Below, piece after piece: positions 45,433 through 55,569 of a stretch of DNA of 64,000 nucleotides. This DNA is from Patescibacteria group bacterium (GTDB lineage: Bacteria > Patescibacteriota > WWE3 > JAUXAW01 > JAYEID01), in contig JAYEID010000013.1 of assembly GCA_034659915.1 (NCBI GenBank), positions 10,627 through 74,626 of the forward strand, given 5' to 3'. Position 1 is the first letter of the stretch. Each line of letters opens with the position of its first letter. Below the pieces are notes generated by a model. It was given only the letters and a program-made list of their open reading frames with translations. It did not search any database and had not been told where the DNA came from. A program made the translations under genes and the position numbers.

Positions 45433-47532
45433 ATGTCTGAACAAGAAGAATACCCGTTAGAGAAAATTAGAAATATTGGGATTATTGCCCACATTGATGC
45501 TGGTAAAACCACTGCTACTGAACGTATTCTTTATTACAGCGGCAAAACTTATAAGATTGGTGACATTGATGAGGGTACTACGCAAATGGATTGGATGGAG
45601 CAGGAACGCGAGCGCGGTATTACAATCCAATCTGCTGCTACTACTACCTTTTGGACTCCTCTTCGTTTTGAGGGAGCGGAGGAACATACCCACCGGATAA
45701 ATATCATTGATACTCCTGGCCACGTAGATTTTACAGCTGAAGTAGAGCGTTCTTTGCGTGTTCTTGATGGCGCTGTGGTTGTTTTTGACGGTGTGGCTGG
45801 TGTTGAACCGCAGTCAGAAACAGTTTGGCGCCAAGCTGATAAGTATGAAGTGCCGCGAGTTTGTTTTATTAATAAAATGGATAAAACTGGGGCAGACTTT
45901 TACAATTCAGTAGAAACTATTAAGGATCGACTTGGTGCTCGAACTGCTATAATTCAGCTCCCAATTGGATCTGAAAGTGATTTTGAAGGTGTGGTAGATT
46001 TAATTGAGATGCGTGCTCTTTATTGGGAAGGTGGTCTAGGAGAGAAGGTTAGATACGGTGAAATCCCTTCGGGTTTAGAGGAAAGAGCTAAGGAAAAGAG
46101 AAATGATCTTTTGGAAATGGCGGCGGAGCAAAGTGAACAGCTTTTTGAACATTATTTGGAAAATCAAGATCTTACTCCTGATGAGATTAGGAATGGTCTT
46201 CGAATAGGTACGTTAAATGGTGATTTTGTTCCTGTAATGTGCGGAAGCGCGCTTCGTAATCGCGGTATTCAACCTCTGCTTGATTCTATTGTTGATTATC
46301 TCCCCTCCCCTTTAGATGTTCCACCTATTACTGGTGTTAATCCAGAAACAAATGAAGAAGAAGTTCGGGAGGCAGATCCGAATGGGCCTTTTGCTGCATT
46401 GGCGTTTAAGATCCAAACTGATCCCTATGTTGGTCGGCTTTGCTATTTTCGTGTTTATTCTGGAACGTTGGATGCTGGTGACGAGGTTTTGAATGCTTCT
46501 AAGGATGAGAAAGAACGGATGGGAAGGATTTTATTAATGCACGCAAATACCCGCGAGGAAATTGATAAAACATCGGCGGGGAAGATTGGCGCAACTGTAG
46601 GTCTTAAGAATACCTTTACGGGTGATACTCTTTGCGATAAGGAAAGCCCTATTGAGTTAGAGAAAATATCGTTTCCGGAGCCAGTTATCTCAGTAGCTAT
46701 TGAACCAAAGACCCGTGCAGATCAGGAAAAGTTGGGTAAAGCACTTAGGCGTCTTTCTGAGGAAGACCCTACTTTTGAAATTAGAGCAAACAAAGAGACG
46801 GGAGAAACTTTAATTTATGGTATGGGTGAGTTGCATTTAGAGATTTTGGTTGAACGGATGAAGCGTGAGTTTGGGGTTGAAGCTAAGATTGGTAAACCGA
46901 GGGTTGCGTATCGAGAGACTATTCGTAACACTGCAGAAGCTGAGGGTGAGTATATTCGCCAATCTGGAGGTCGCGGGCAGTATGGGCATTGTTTTCTTCG
47001 TTTGGAACCTTTGGCACAAGGAGAGGGTTTTGAGTTTGAGAATGAAATTAAGGGCGGTACAATTCCGCGCGAATTTATTCCTGCTGTAGAAAAAGGTGCA
47101 GTTGAAGCGCGAGATAAAGGTATTTTGGCAGGGTACCCTATGGTTGACATTAAAGTTACTGTTTTTGATGGGAGTTATCACGAAGTTGATTCTTCTGAGG
47201 CAGCTTATAAGATTGCAGCTTCTCAAGCCTTCCAGAAAGCTGCTAAGCAAGCAAGGCCTGTTCTTTTAGAACCTATAATGCAGGTAGAAGTTGTAACTCC
47301 TGATGAGTATTTAGGTTCAGTGGTAAGCGATCTTTCTTCTAAACGAGCGAAGATCAGGAAAACATGGGTTCAAGGTAACTCTCGTCGTATTTCAGCTGAG
47401 GTTCCCTTAGCTGAAATGTTTGGATATGCGACGCGGATTCGTTCCTTGACAAAGGGGCGCGCAACCTTTACAATGGAGCCTAGCCATTATGAGGAAGTTC
47501 CTCAAAATGTAGCTGAAGAATTAATTAGCTAA
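45433..47532 (+). CDS. fusA: Elongation factor G
   Basis: [27 protein letters not shown]...; 700 aa; the ORF-track start at 45349 is an upstream extension. Confidence 0.96.
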   Translation: MSEQEEYPLEKIRNIGIIAHIDAGKTTATERILYYSGKTYKIGDIDEGTTQMDWMEQERERGITIQSAATTTFWTPLRFEGAEEHTHRINIIDTPGHVDFTAEVERSLRVLDGAVVVFDGVAGVEPQSETVWRQADKYEVPRVCFINKMDKTGADFYNSVETIKDRLGARTAIIQLPIGSESDFEGVVDLIEMRALYWEGGLGEKVRYGEIPSGLEERAKEKRNDLLEMAAEQSEQLFEHYLENQDLTPDEIRNGLRIGTLNGDFVPVMCGSALRNRGIQPLLDSIVDYLPSPLDVPPITGVNPETNEEEVREADPNGPFAALAFKIQTDPYVGRLCYFRVYSGTLDAGDEVLNASKDEKERMGRILLMHANTREEIDKTSAGKIGATVGLKNTFTGDTLCDKESPIELEKISFPEPVISVAIEPKTRADQEKLGKALRRLSEEDPTFEIRANKETGETLIYGMGELHLEILVERMKREFGVEAKIGKPRVAYRETIRNTAEAEGEYIRQSGGRGQYGHCFLRLEPLAQGEGFEFENEIKGGTIPREFIPAVEKGAVEARDKGILAGYPMVDIKVTVFDGSYHEVDSSEAAYKIAASQAFQKAAKQARPVLLEPIMQVEVVTPDEYLGSVVSDLSSKRAKIRKTWVQGNSRRISAEVPLAEMFGYATRIRSLTKGRATFTMEPSHYEEVPQNVAEELIS

Positions 47533-47690
47533 CATATCTGATAGTTGTAAGTTGGTGTTTTGTTGTTGGTTAGGCTAGCAACAAGAAACTAACTTTTGCT
47601 TGTTTTTATTTGTTTAGATTGTTAACTGCAGTGGTCTGGTACATCCAAGACGCGCGGATGCACTAGCTCGCAGCAGTGAAAGGAGGCCGT

Positions 47691-48875
47691 ATGGCTAAAG
47701 AAAAGTTTGAGAGAACTAAACCCCATGTTAATGTGGGTGCTATTGGTCACGTTGACCATGGCAAAACTACTCTTCTTGCTGCGATGACTAAAGTTCTTAG
47801 CGAGAAGGGTTTATCGGATGAGGTGCCCTTTGAGGATATTGATAAAGCTCCTGAGGAACAAGAAAGGGGTATCACAATTGCTATTTCTCATGTGGAGTAT
47901 GAAACTGAGAATAGGCACTATGCCCACATTGATTGTCCTGGTCACGCAGACTATGTGAAGAATATGATTACTGGTGCTGCTCAGATGGATGGGGCTATTC
48001 TAGTAGTGGCTGCGGACGATGGTCCAATGCCTCAGACTAGGGAGCATATCCTTCTTGCGCGTCAGGTGAATGTACCGGCAATGGTTGTTTTCTTGAATAA
48101 GACTGATTTAGTTGAGGATGAAGAACTTCTAGATTACGTAGAAGAAGAAGTAAGGGATCTTCTTAACCAGTATGAATTTCCTGGGGACAAAATTCCTGTT
48201 ATTCGCGGTTCTGCTGAACAAGCCTTGCAGGGCGATGAAAAGGCCAAGGAGCAGGTTTATAAACTTGTTCAAGCTTTGGATGATTATATTCCCGAGCCTG
48301 AGCGAGAACTTGATAAGCCATTTCTAATGCCTGTGGAGGACGTATTTTCCATTGAAGGCCGTGGTACTGTTGCAACTGGAAGGATTGAACGCGGAACTGT
48401 TGATTTGAAGGACGAAGTTGAGATTATAGGTATTAAAGAAACAGAGGAAAGTGTTGTTACTGGTATTGAGATGTTTAGGAAGCAGATGGATAGTGCTCAA
48501 GCCGGCGACAACGTTGGTATTCTTCTTCGAGGTATTAATAAGGACGATATTGAGCGTGGGCAGGTTCTGGCCGAGCCGGGAACTGTTACTCCTCACACTG
48601 AGTTTGAAGCAGAGGTTTATATTCTTACTAAGGAAGAGGGCGGGCGTCATACTCCCTTCTTTTCAGGATACCGTCCACAGTTTTACATTCGGACTACGGA
48701 TGTGACTGGTGAGGTGGAACTGCCTGAGGATGTGGAAATGGTAATGCCTGGCGACAATGTAAAAATGAAGGTAAAACTAATTACTCCGATTGCTATGGAA
48801 GAGAACTTGCGTTTTGCTATTCGTGAGGGTGGAAAAACTGTAGGAGCAGGTGTTGTTTCGAAAGTAATTAAATAA
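47691..48875 (+). CDS. tuf: Elongation factor Tu
   Basis: [28 protein letters not shown]...; AAGGAGG RBS at 47679-47685. Confidence 0.97.
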   Translation: MAKEKFERTKPHVNVGAIGHVDHGKTTLLAAMTKVLSEKGLSDEVPFEDIDKAPEEQERGITIAISHVEYETENRHYAHIDCPGHADYVKNMITGAAQMDGAILVVAADDGPMPQTREHILLARQVNVPAMVVFLNKTDLVEDEELLDYVEEEVRDLLNQYEFPGDKIPVIRGSAEQALQGDEKAKEQVYKLVQALDDYIPEPERELDKPFLMPVEDVFSIEGRGTVATGRIERGTVDLKDEVEIIGIKETEESVVTGIEMFRKQMDSAQAGDNVGILLRGINKDDIERGQVLAEPGTVTPHTEFEAEVYILTKEEGGRHTPFFSGYRPQFYIRTTDVTGEVELPEDVEMVMPGDNVKMKVKLITPIAMEENLRFAIREGGKTVGAGVVSKVIK

Positions 48876-48937
48876 TAATTACGAGGTTAGGAACGAAGTG
48901 CTAAGAATAGGGTGTGGCCTGCCCAAGGTGCATTGCA

Positions 48938-49249
48938 ATGGTTAAAGGTAATAAAATTAGAGTACGCTTAAAAGCTTATGATCATCGAGTAATTGATCAA
49001 TCAGCAGAGAAGATTGTGGATGTGGCAATAAGGACGGGAGCAAGAGTTTCGGGGCCAGTACCCCTGCCAACTGAGATTGAGCGTTGGACAGTTTGTGCTA
49101 GTCCTCATGTTGATAAGCGCTCGATGGAACAGTTTGAGCGGCGCACGCACAAGAGACTAGTTGATATTTTGGAGCCGACTCCAAAAACTTTAGATGAGCT
49201 TTCTCATCTCAACCTTCCTGCGGGTGTGGGAATTGAGATTGAAGGCTAG
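48938..49249 (+). CDS. rpsJ: 30S ribosomal protein S10
   Basis: [45 protein letters not shown]... Confidence 0.93.
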   Translation: MVKGNKIRVRLKAYDHRVIDQSAEKIVDVAIRTGARVSGPVPLPTEIERWTVCASPHVDKRSMEQFERRTHKRLVDILEPTPKTLDELSHLNLPAGVGIEIEG

Positions 49250-49430
49250 GTTTTTCTATTTATTTTTTTTTTGGAAGATGGGATTGTTTAGGTTAATTTC
49301 AAAAATAAACCTCAAGAATATTGTATTCATGGGAATAGACATTTTTGATTCATAAGAAGATTTGGTATAAATTTCGTCTCTTGCGTGGGCGCCAAATCGG
49401 CGTCTTTTTTAATGCCAAAATAAGGGAAAA

Positions 49431-49856
49431 ATGGAAGTAAAAGCAAAGAAACTAAACATGAGTAGAATTTTTACTAAGGGAGGTGCTCCCCAGCCAGTTA
49501 CTCTTGTCAAGGTTGATGATCTTGAAGATTTTGAAGTGGGTGACTTAGTTGTCGTTTCGGGAAAGACTAAAGGTAAGGGGTTTGCTGGTGTTATAAAGCG
49601 GTGGGGGTTTAAAGGTGGTCCGCGAACACACGGCCAGTCAGATCGAGAGCGTGCTCCAGGTTCTATTGGTGGTACTACTGACCCAGGTCGAGTATGGCCC
49701 GGGAAAAAAATGCCAGGGAGGATGGGAGGAAATAATATAACTGTGAAGGGATTGGAGATATTAGAAATTGACGAGGAAAATAATATTTTAAAGATAAAAG
49801 GCTCGATTCCTGGACCTCGGGGTAATGAGGTTACTATTACAAAAAAAGAAAGGTAG
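49431..49856 (+). CDS. rplC: 50S ribosomal protein L3, shortened form (141 aa)
   Basis: N-terminus MSRIFTKGGAPQPVTLVKV joins directly onto the conserved C-terminal core GKTKGKGFAGVIKRWGFKGGPRTHGQSDRERAPGSIGGTTDPGRVWPGKKMPGRMG; about 60 residues present in E. coli uL3 (approx. 35-95) are absent. Confidence 0.85.
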   Translation: MEVKAKKLNMSRIFTKGGAPQPVTLVKVDDLEDFEVGDLVVVSGKTKGKGFAGVIKRWGFKGGPRTHGQSDRERAPGSIGGTTDPGRVWPGKKMPGRMGGNNITVKGLEILEIDEENNILKIKGSIPGPRGNEVTITKKER

Positions 49857-49879
49857 CACTTTTTGTTTGTTGATTTGTT

Positions 49880-50533
49880 ATGAAAGTAAGTATTTTTAAT
49901 ACAAAAGGAGAAGAATTAAAGACTCTAGCAACACTTGCACCAGAGATTTTTGAGGTAGAGCCAAAAGAAGAGCTTCTAGCTCGGTACGTTCGGACCTATC
50001 AACATAACCAAAGGCAAGGTACTGTTAAAACAAAGAATCGGAAGGATGTTTCTGGTGGTGGTCGCAAACCGTGGCCGCAAAAAGGTACTGGGCGAGCGCG
50101 CCATGGGTCAATTCGTTCACCGCTTTGGGTTGGTGGTGGTACTGTGTTTGGTCCGCAACCGCGGGATTGGGGGTTGAAGCTTCCAAAGAAAATGCGAAGA
50201 AAAGCTTTATTTATGGCATTGTCTGATAAAGTGCAGGAAGATGGCGTTGTTGTTTTGAACAAGTTAACACTATCAAAAATAAGCACAAAGGAAATAAATA
50301 GGATTATTGAGAATGTTTTGGGGGAAAAGCTGGAAATTGTCGGTAAAATCTTGATAGTTTTACCTGGTAGTGGTGAAGAAGAAAATGTTTATCTTTCGGC
50401 GCGGAATATTCCCAATGTGCAGTGTGTTCCTGTTCAGAGTTTAAACGCGTACCTGGTATTGGAAGCAGATAAGATAATTTTTACTAAGAACAGCTTGTCT
50501 TTGCTGGAGGATATATTTTTTGCTAAGGGTTAA
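49880..50533 (+). CDS. rplD: 50S ribosomal protein L4
   Basis: [29 protein letters not shown]. Confidence 0.95.
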   Translation: MKVSIFNTKGEELKTLATLAPEIFEVEPKEELLARYVRTYQHNQRQGTVKTKNRKDVSGGGRKPWPQKGTGRARHGSIRSPLWVGGGTVFGPQPRDWGLKLPKKMRRKALFMALSDKVQEDGVVVLNKLTLSKISTKEINRIIENVLGEKLEIVGKILIVLPGSGEEENVYLSARNIPNVQCVPVQSLNAYLVLEADKIIFTKNSLSLLEDIFFAKG

Positions 50534-50535
50534 TT

Positions 50536-50832
50536 ATGAAAAAGTACCGAGAGATTTTGAAAAAACCTATTGTAACTGAGAAGACTTTGCGGTTGGCGCG
50601 TGAAAATAATGACTATACTTTTGAGGTTGCATTAAAAGCTTCCAAGGGAGCTATTAAAGAAGCTGTTGAGGAAATGTTTAATGTTGAGGTAGAGGATGTT
50701 CGAACTTTGAAAAGAGCTGCTAAGAATAAAAGGGTTTGGGGAACGTGGAGATACACGCGAAAAGGTCCGTGGAAAAAAGCAGTTGTCAAATTGGCAGAAG
50801 GTGACGAAATCGAAGGTTTTGGGATTGAATAG
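50536..50832 (+). CDS. rplW: 50S ribosomal protein L23
   Basis: L23 family, 98 aa; synteny. Confidence 0.92.
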   Translation: MKKYREILKKPIVTEKTLRLARENNDYTFEVALKASKGAIKEAVEEMFNVEVEDVRTLKRAAKNKRVWGTWRYTRKGPWKKAVVKLAEGDEIEGFGIE

Positions 50833-50853
50833 TAGGTAGTATTGTGGATGCGC

Positions 50854-51025
50854 CGGTGCTACACGCTTTCAAGAGCCCTTGTACTACATAGAGTACAGGG
50901 CAGGCCGTGCTTAGGATTGAGCGCGTTTACCCCGAACCCTGCGTGGTTTGGGGCTTAGAGAAAAATTTGCTTTTAGTTTATTGTTAATTGATAGGTTATT
51001 GTGGGCAAATTTTTCTATGCTCTTG
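50854..51025. repeat. 172-nt structured intergenic repeat, copy 2 (between rplW and rplB)
   Basis: Identical to 39973-40144. Confidence 0.9.
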
Positions 51026-51185
51026 ATCCCCGCCGCATCTTCGAGTTTGGGGGGTTACAACTTGAAAGATTCCGTTCTAATTCGCGTAAATTCGTTTTAG
51101 ATTAGTGTGAATTCGTGTGGGTTCCGGAAACAATGCGATCACATTTCTTTTATCGATTAACTGTCAAAGCTGTCTAGTTGATATT

Positions 51186-52010
51186 ATGAAAAAGTATAAA
51201 CCGACATCCCCGGGGCGACGGCACCGTGTGGATATAGATAAAAGTAAATTATCTAAAAAAGGACCGGAAAAGAAGCTTTCTTCTGGTGTTAAAGAGAAGG
51301 CTGGTCGTTCAGGTGGTAAAATTTCTGTTCGCCACAAAGGGAGTCGGGTAAAAAGGAAATTTAGGAATATTGATTTTAAAAGGAAGAAAAGAAGTATTCC
51401 CGGTGAGGTAGTTTCTTTGGAATATGATCCTAATCGGAGTGCGCATATTGCACTAATAAAATACGCGGATGGTGAAAAAAATTATATAATTGCACCTCAT
51501 GGCTTAGAAGTCGGAGAAAAAATTGTGGCAGGGGAAGATGTGGAGGTTAAAAGGGGTAATGCTATGCCTCTAGCTAATGTTCCTTTAGGAGAAGAGGTAC
51601 ACAATGTGGAGCTCCATCCTGGCGGTGGGGGGCAAATGGTTAGATCTGCTGGTACCAGTGCTCGGGTTATTGCCAAACCTGGTAAATATGTGCACTTGAA
51701 AATGCCTTCTGGTGAGGTCCGAAAGGTTTTGTCTTCTTGTTATGCTACCGTAGGTGGTGTGTCCAATCCTGATTGGGAAAATAAGAATTGGGGTAAGGCT
51801 GGTCGTAAGCGCCACTTAGGTATTAGACCAACGGTAAGGGGTTCGGCTATGGCTCCGGATGCTCACCCTCATGGTGGTGGAGAAGGAAGGACTGGGGAAG
51901 GGATGCCTTCTCCTAAGACTCCTTGGGGAAAGAAAACTCGTGGTAAGAAAACCCGAAAACGAAAACATACGGATAAGTACATAGTAAAAGATAGGCGGGA
52001 GAAGAAATAA
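51186..52010 (+). CDS. rplB: 50S ribosomal protein L2
   Basis: MKKYKPTSPGRRHRV...; GGGGQ...HPHGGGEG motifs; the ORF-track start at 51117 is an extension. Confidence 0.96.
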   Translation: MKKYKPTSPGRRHRVDIDKSKLSKKGPEKKLSSGVKEKAGRSGGKISVRHKGSRVKRKFRNIDFKRKKRSIPGEVVSLEYDPNRSAHIALIKYADGEKNYIIAPHGLEVGEKIVAGEDVEVKRGNAMPLANVPLGEEVHNVELHPGGGGQMVRSAGTSARVIAKPGKYVHLKMPSGEVRKVLSSCYATVGGVSNPDWENKNWGKAGRKRHLGIRPTVRGSAMAPDAHPHGGGEGRTGEGMPSPKTPWGKKTRGKKTRKRKHTDKYIVKDRREKK

Positions 52011-52068
52011 GCATTTTTAAAAGCACCAAACATCAAATACCAAGTTCCAGAAGTTTGTTATTTGAAGT

Positions 52069-52096
52069 TTGGAGTTTGGAATTTAAAATTTAGTAT
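52069..52096 (+). promoter_or_regulatory. Conserved promoter-like module TTGGAG-16nt-TAGTAT upstream of rpsS
   Basis: Same architecture and spacer-sequence family as modules upstream of dnaK (8-35) and rplV (52447-52474). Confidence 0.4.
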
Positions 52097-52113
52097 TTAG
52101 AATTTAAAAAATT

Positions 52114-52407
52114 ATGTCTAGATCAACAAAAAAAGGTCCTTATGTGGACCCGAGACTATTGGAAAAAGTTAAAAAAGCAAAAAAGACTAGCTCTCAGGAG
52201 CCGATAAAAACATGGGCGCGAGGTAGTAATATAAGCCCAGAAATGGTGGGTGTAACTATAGCTGTTCATAATGGGCGGGAGCATGTGCCTGTTTTTATTA
52301 CTGAGGCTATGGTGGGCCACAAATTAGGTGAGTTTGTGCCAACTCGTACTTTCCGTAAGCACGGGAAGAAGGGTGTCAAATCAACCCTTTCCGAAGGCCG
52401 TGTTTAA
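52114..52407 (+). CDS. rpsS: 30S ribosomal protein S19
   Basis: S19 family ([29 protein letters not shown]). Confidence 0.95.
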   Translation: MSRSTKKGPYVDPRLLEKVKKAKKTSSQEPIKTWARGSNISPEMVGVTIAVHNGREHVPVFITEAMVGHKLGEFVPTRTFRKHGKKGVKSTLSEGRV

Positions 52408-52446
52408 GGGAGAATTTCGAAATTCGAATCTCGAAATCCAAAATAT

Positions 52447-52474
52447 TTGGAGCTTAGGATTTAGAATTTATGAT
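52447..52474 (+). promoter_or_regulatory. Conserved promoter-like module TTGGAG-16nt-TATGAT upstream of rplV
   Basis: ATTTGGAGCTTAGG.ATTTAGAATTTA is shared almost verbatim with positions 6-29 upstream of dnaK. Confidence 0.4.
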
Positions 52475-52484
52475 TTAAATTATT

Positions 52485-52823
52485 ATGGTTGTTTATGCTC
52501 GAAGCAAAAGTTTACCAATATCTCCGCAGAAGATGAACTTGGTTTTGGATTTAATTCGGGGAAAAGATATTGCAGAAGCAAGGAAGATACTTACTTTTTC
52601 TACAAAGAAGGCAGCCGGTCTTGCTAAGAAGGCTTTGAATTCAGCTGTAGCAGATGCTAAGCACAATGAGGGTTTAAGAGAAGATGAGCTAAAAATAGTG
52701 GAAGCCCGAGCAGATAAGGCTCCTACTTTGAAGCGGATCCGGCCTAGAGCTAGGGGGCGTGCTGATAGAATTTTAAAAAGACGTACACATCTTACCATTG
52801 GTGTAGGGACGGAAGAAGGATAA
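52485..52823 (+). CDS. rplV: 50S ribosomal protein L22
   Basis: L22 family, 112 aa. Confidence 0.93.
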   Translation: MVVYARSKSLPISPQKMNLVLDLIRGKDIAEARKILTFSTKKAAGLAKKALNSAVADAKHNEGLREDELKIVEARADKAPTLKRIRPRARGRADRILKRRTHLTIGVGTEEG

Positions 52824-52958
52824 TCGCAGGTTTTTTTGTCTGTGTAAATCCTTGTTTATACAGTTAACACTTTATTGGTAGTTGCGCATTTATTGATAAT
52901 TTATTTGTTTTGAATTTCCGCGGATATGTAGATTCGCGTTAATTCTACGAGGTTAAAT

Positions 52959-53591
52959 ATGGGTCAAAAAACACATCCGATTGGATTTAGATTAGGGACA
53001 ACTTCAGATTGGAAATCACAGTGGTTCGAGGAAGATCCAGAAGCCTATGCGGAAAAAGTTTTGGAAGATAGGAAGATTAGAGAGTTTATTCGGGAGAATG
53101 TTGGTAGGGCTGGTGTTAGCGAGATACGAATTGAACGATCTCTGGATGATATTAAAGTAACTATTAAGGTTGCTCGACCAGGTATGGTAATTGGGCGTGG
53201 TGGTTCTAGAATTGAACTTTTGCGCGACGGTTTAGAAGATATTTGTAGTAAAAAACCAGAGATCTCGGTTGAGGAGGTCAAGACTCCCGCACTTTCTGCT
53301 AGGTTAATTGCTGAAAATATAGCTCGGCAAATTGAACGACGCCGCTCCCCCATTGGAGTTATGAACTCGCAAGCTAGCAAAGCAATTTATAAAGGGGCAA
53401 AGGGAATAAAGATTCAAGTACGAGGGCGGTTATATGGTAGCCAGTATGCGCGGAAAGCAGAGGTTACTGAAGGTTCAGTTCCTTTGCAAACAATTCGTGC
53501 AAGTATTGATTATGCTTTTGATGAAGCAAGAACTAAGTATGGGAAAATCGGGGTTAAAGTTTGGGTTTATTTGGGAGAAGAGGAAATATAA
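52959..53591 (+). CDS. rpsC: 30S ribosomal protein S3
   Basis: KH domain and the S3 C-terminal domain. Confidence 0.96.
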   Translation: MGQKTHPIGFRLGTTSDWKSQWFEEDPEAYAEKVLEDRKIREFIRENVGRAGVSEIRIERSLDDIKVTIKVARPGMVIGRGGSRIELLRDGLEDICSKKPEISVEEVKTPALSARLIAENIARQIERRRSPIGVMNSQASKAIYKGAKGIKIQVRGRLYGSQYARKAEVTEGSVPLQTIRASIDYAFDEARTKYGKIGVKVWVYLGEEEI

Positions 53592-53602
53592 TATGAAAAG
53601 AC

Positions 53603-53760
53603 TTTGGCGGGCACCCCGCCTCTCAGGGCCGCTCGCGCCTGTCGAAGTTTAAGTCTGATTTGGTTAAGCGCTTGCTTTGTGATCAAAAGTCGAATGGTGT
53701 CAGTGAATAATTGTAGCGACTTTTGATCAAAACCCTTCAAGGCGGGAGCCAGCCAACGTC
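53603..53760. repeat. Intergenic repeat family B, copy 1 (between rpsC and rplP), with a nested hairpin insertion
   Basis: Same modules as 15868-15985, plus a ~45-nt insert forming TGATCAAAAGTCG...CGACTTTTGATCA (53680-53730), flanked by direct repeat GATCAAAA. Confidence 0.75.
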
Positions 53761-53850
53761 TTGTTAGATTCTTAGTTTGGAGTTTTTGATTTGTTGTTTA
53801 TTTGAAATTTGTAATTTGTTCCGCCGGCCGGCGGATTGGAATTATTAACT

Positions 53851-54270
53851 ATGTTGTATCCAAAAAAGAAGAAATATAGAAGAGAATTTAGAGGAACTCT
53901 TAAAGGTGTTGCTCAACGAGGGACAACACTGGCTTTTGGTGATTATGGTTTAAAAGCCTTGGGTAATGGTTGGATAACTATGCGCCAAATAGAAGCAGCA
54001 CGGAGGGCTATAGTTCATTCTACCAAGAGAAGTGGGAAAATGTGGATAAGGATTTTTCCAGATAAGCCTGTTACAGCTAGACCTGCGGGAATGAGAATGG
54101 GTCGGGGTAAGGGTCCTGTTGACCATTATGTGGCGCCAGTTAAGGCTGGAAGAATTCTGTTTGAGTTGGGAGGATTAGATGAGGGTGCTGCTCGAGAAGC
54201 TTTGCGGCGTGCTGCTAACAAGCTTCCAACTAAGACAGAAATAGTTACTCAAGAGGATTTTGTAGTTTAA
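53851..54270 (+). CDS. rplP: 50S ribosomal protein L16
   Basis: MLYPKKKKYRREFRG...; start at 53851 rather than the ORF-track start at 53836. Confidence 0.94.
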   Translation: MLYPKKKKYRREFRGTLKGVAQRGTTLAFGDYGLKALGNGWITMRQIEAARRAIVHSTKRSGKMWIRIFPDKPVTARPAGMRMGRGKGPVDHYVAPVKAGRILFELGGLDEGAAREALRRAANKLPTKTEIVTQEDFVV

Positions 54271-54285
54271 ATTTTTTAAAATAAA

Positions 54286-54492
54286 ATGACGAAGGCGCAA
54301 GAATTACGACAAGAAAGTAAAGAAAGTTTGGAAAAGAAATTAAAGGATTTGCAAAAAGAGTTAATGAATTTACAGATGGAGCACCGAACTGATGGGTTGG
54401 TGGATACTACCGTTTTAAGTAAAAAGAGAAGGGAAATAGCAAAGATAAAAACAGTGTTACGAGAAAAAGAGGTTTTAGCTCAGATTGAGTAA
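54286..54492 (+). CDS. rpmC: 50S ribosomal protein L29
   Basis: L29 family, 68 aa, coiled-coil. Confidence 0.9.
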   Translation: MTKAQELRQESKESLEKKLKDLQKELMNLQMEHRTDGLVDTTVLSKKRREIAKIKTVLREKEVLAQIE

Positions 54493-54509
54493 GCAGCTGA
54501 TTAACTATT

Positions 54510-54875
54510 ATGTTGCAGCCAGGATCTATTCTAAAAGTAGCTGACAATTCCGGAGCAAAGGAGCTAAAGGTTATTACTATTATTGGTTCCAAAAACTGGG
54601 CAGAGGTTGGGGATGTGGTGTCGGGTTCTGTTCAAGGTGTGACTTCGGGCGAAAGCGAGGTTTCGGACCACGAGGTAGTGAGAGCAGTTGTGGTTCGTAC
54701 TAAGAAGGAGAAAAGGCGTAAGGACGGTTCTTATATTCGTTTTGATGACAATGCTTGTGTTATCTTGGACAAGCGGGGCCTCCTCTTGGGAACACGGGTT
54801 CTTGGTCCGGTTGCTCGTGAAGTTCGAAAATCCGGCTTTGTAGATGTTGCATCCAAAGCGCCGGAAGTTATTTGA
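54510..54875 (+). CDS. rplN: 50S ribosomal protein L14
   Basis: VADNSGAKE...AVVVRTKKEKRRKDGSYIRFDDNACV...GTRVLGPVAREVR. Confidence 0.95.
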   Translation: MLQPGSILKVADNSGAKELKVITIIGSKNWAEVGDVVSGSVQGVTSGESEVSDHEVVRAVVVRTKKEKRRKDGSYIRFDDNACVILDKRGLLLGTRVLGPVAREVRKSGFVDVASKAPEVI

Positions 54876-54900
54876 TTTGTAATTAAATTCCGATTTTAGT

Positions 54901-55140
54901 ATGCCAAAGAAAACTCTAGAAGGAAAAGTTATTTCTGACAAAATGGATAAAACTGTGGTGGTTGAAGTTATGCGGACATACCACCACCCGCGCTATAAGA
55001 AGCGCGTTGAGAAACACAAGAAGTATAAGGCTCATGATTCGTTGGGAGCTAAAGTGGGAGATGTTGTGCAAATAGAGGAATGTCGTCCTCTTAGTAAGGA
55101 TAAACACTTTAAGGTGATTAGGATACTCGCGGATTCTTAA
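54901..55140 (+). CDS. rpsQ: 30S ribosomal protein S17
   Basis: GKVISDKMDKTVVVEV...HDSLGAKVGDVVQIEECRPLSKDKHFKV; lies after rplN, the reverse of the usual order. Confidence 0.93.
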   Translation: MPKKTLEGKVISDKMDKTVVVEVMRTYHHPRYKKRVEKHKKYKAHDSLGAKVGDVVQIEECRPLSKDKHFKVIRILADS

Positions 55141-55250
55141 ATTTGGTGGAGATCCAATAAGCATATTCTATTAACAACCTATTTGTTGCCTAATTGCGGA
55201 CAGTAGTTTGAAAGCTTTTCGCAGATGGAATCTGCGGGAGTTAGCATTAA

Positions 55251-55559
55251 ATGAAAATACATTCTGGTGATAAGGTAAAAATAATTTCTGGTAAAGACCG
55301 TAGTAAGACTGGTACTGTAGAAAAGGCTTACCCGAAAAAGGGTAAGGTTTTGGTGCCAGGAATACATGTAGTTAAAAAACATGTACCACCTACTGAAGAT
55401 AAACCTGAGGGTGGTTACATTGAAAAGTCATTGCCAATTGATGTTTCCAACGTTATGTTAATTTGTTCCAATTGTGGAGAACCCACAAGAGTTGGATTCT
55501 CTTTTGAGGGAGGTCGAAAGTTACGTAAGTGTAAAAAGTGCGGTTCCATGTTGAGTTGA
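55251..55559 (+). CDS. rplX: 50S ribosomal protein L24 with a C-terminal Cys4 zinc-ribbon
   Basis: KOW domain MKIHSGDKVKIISGKDRSKTGTV; C-terminus CSNCGEPTRVGFSFEGGRKLRKCKKCGSML with CxxC...CxxC. Confidence 0.9.
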   Translation: MKIHSGDKVKIISGKDRSKTGTVEKAYPKKGKVLVPGIHVVKKHVPPTEDKPEGGYIEKSLPIDVSNVMLICSNCGEPTRVGFSFEGGRKLRKCKKCGSMLS

Positions 55560-55569
55560 AGTTTAAATT

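Noticed and set aside
49250-49430. CGCC-aaatc-GGCG hairpin with a T-run in the rpsJ-rplC spacer as a terminator.
   Set aside because: Only a 4-bp stem; too weak to call. It may be a modest attenuator.
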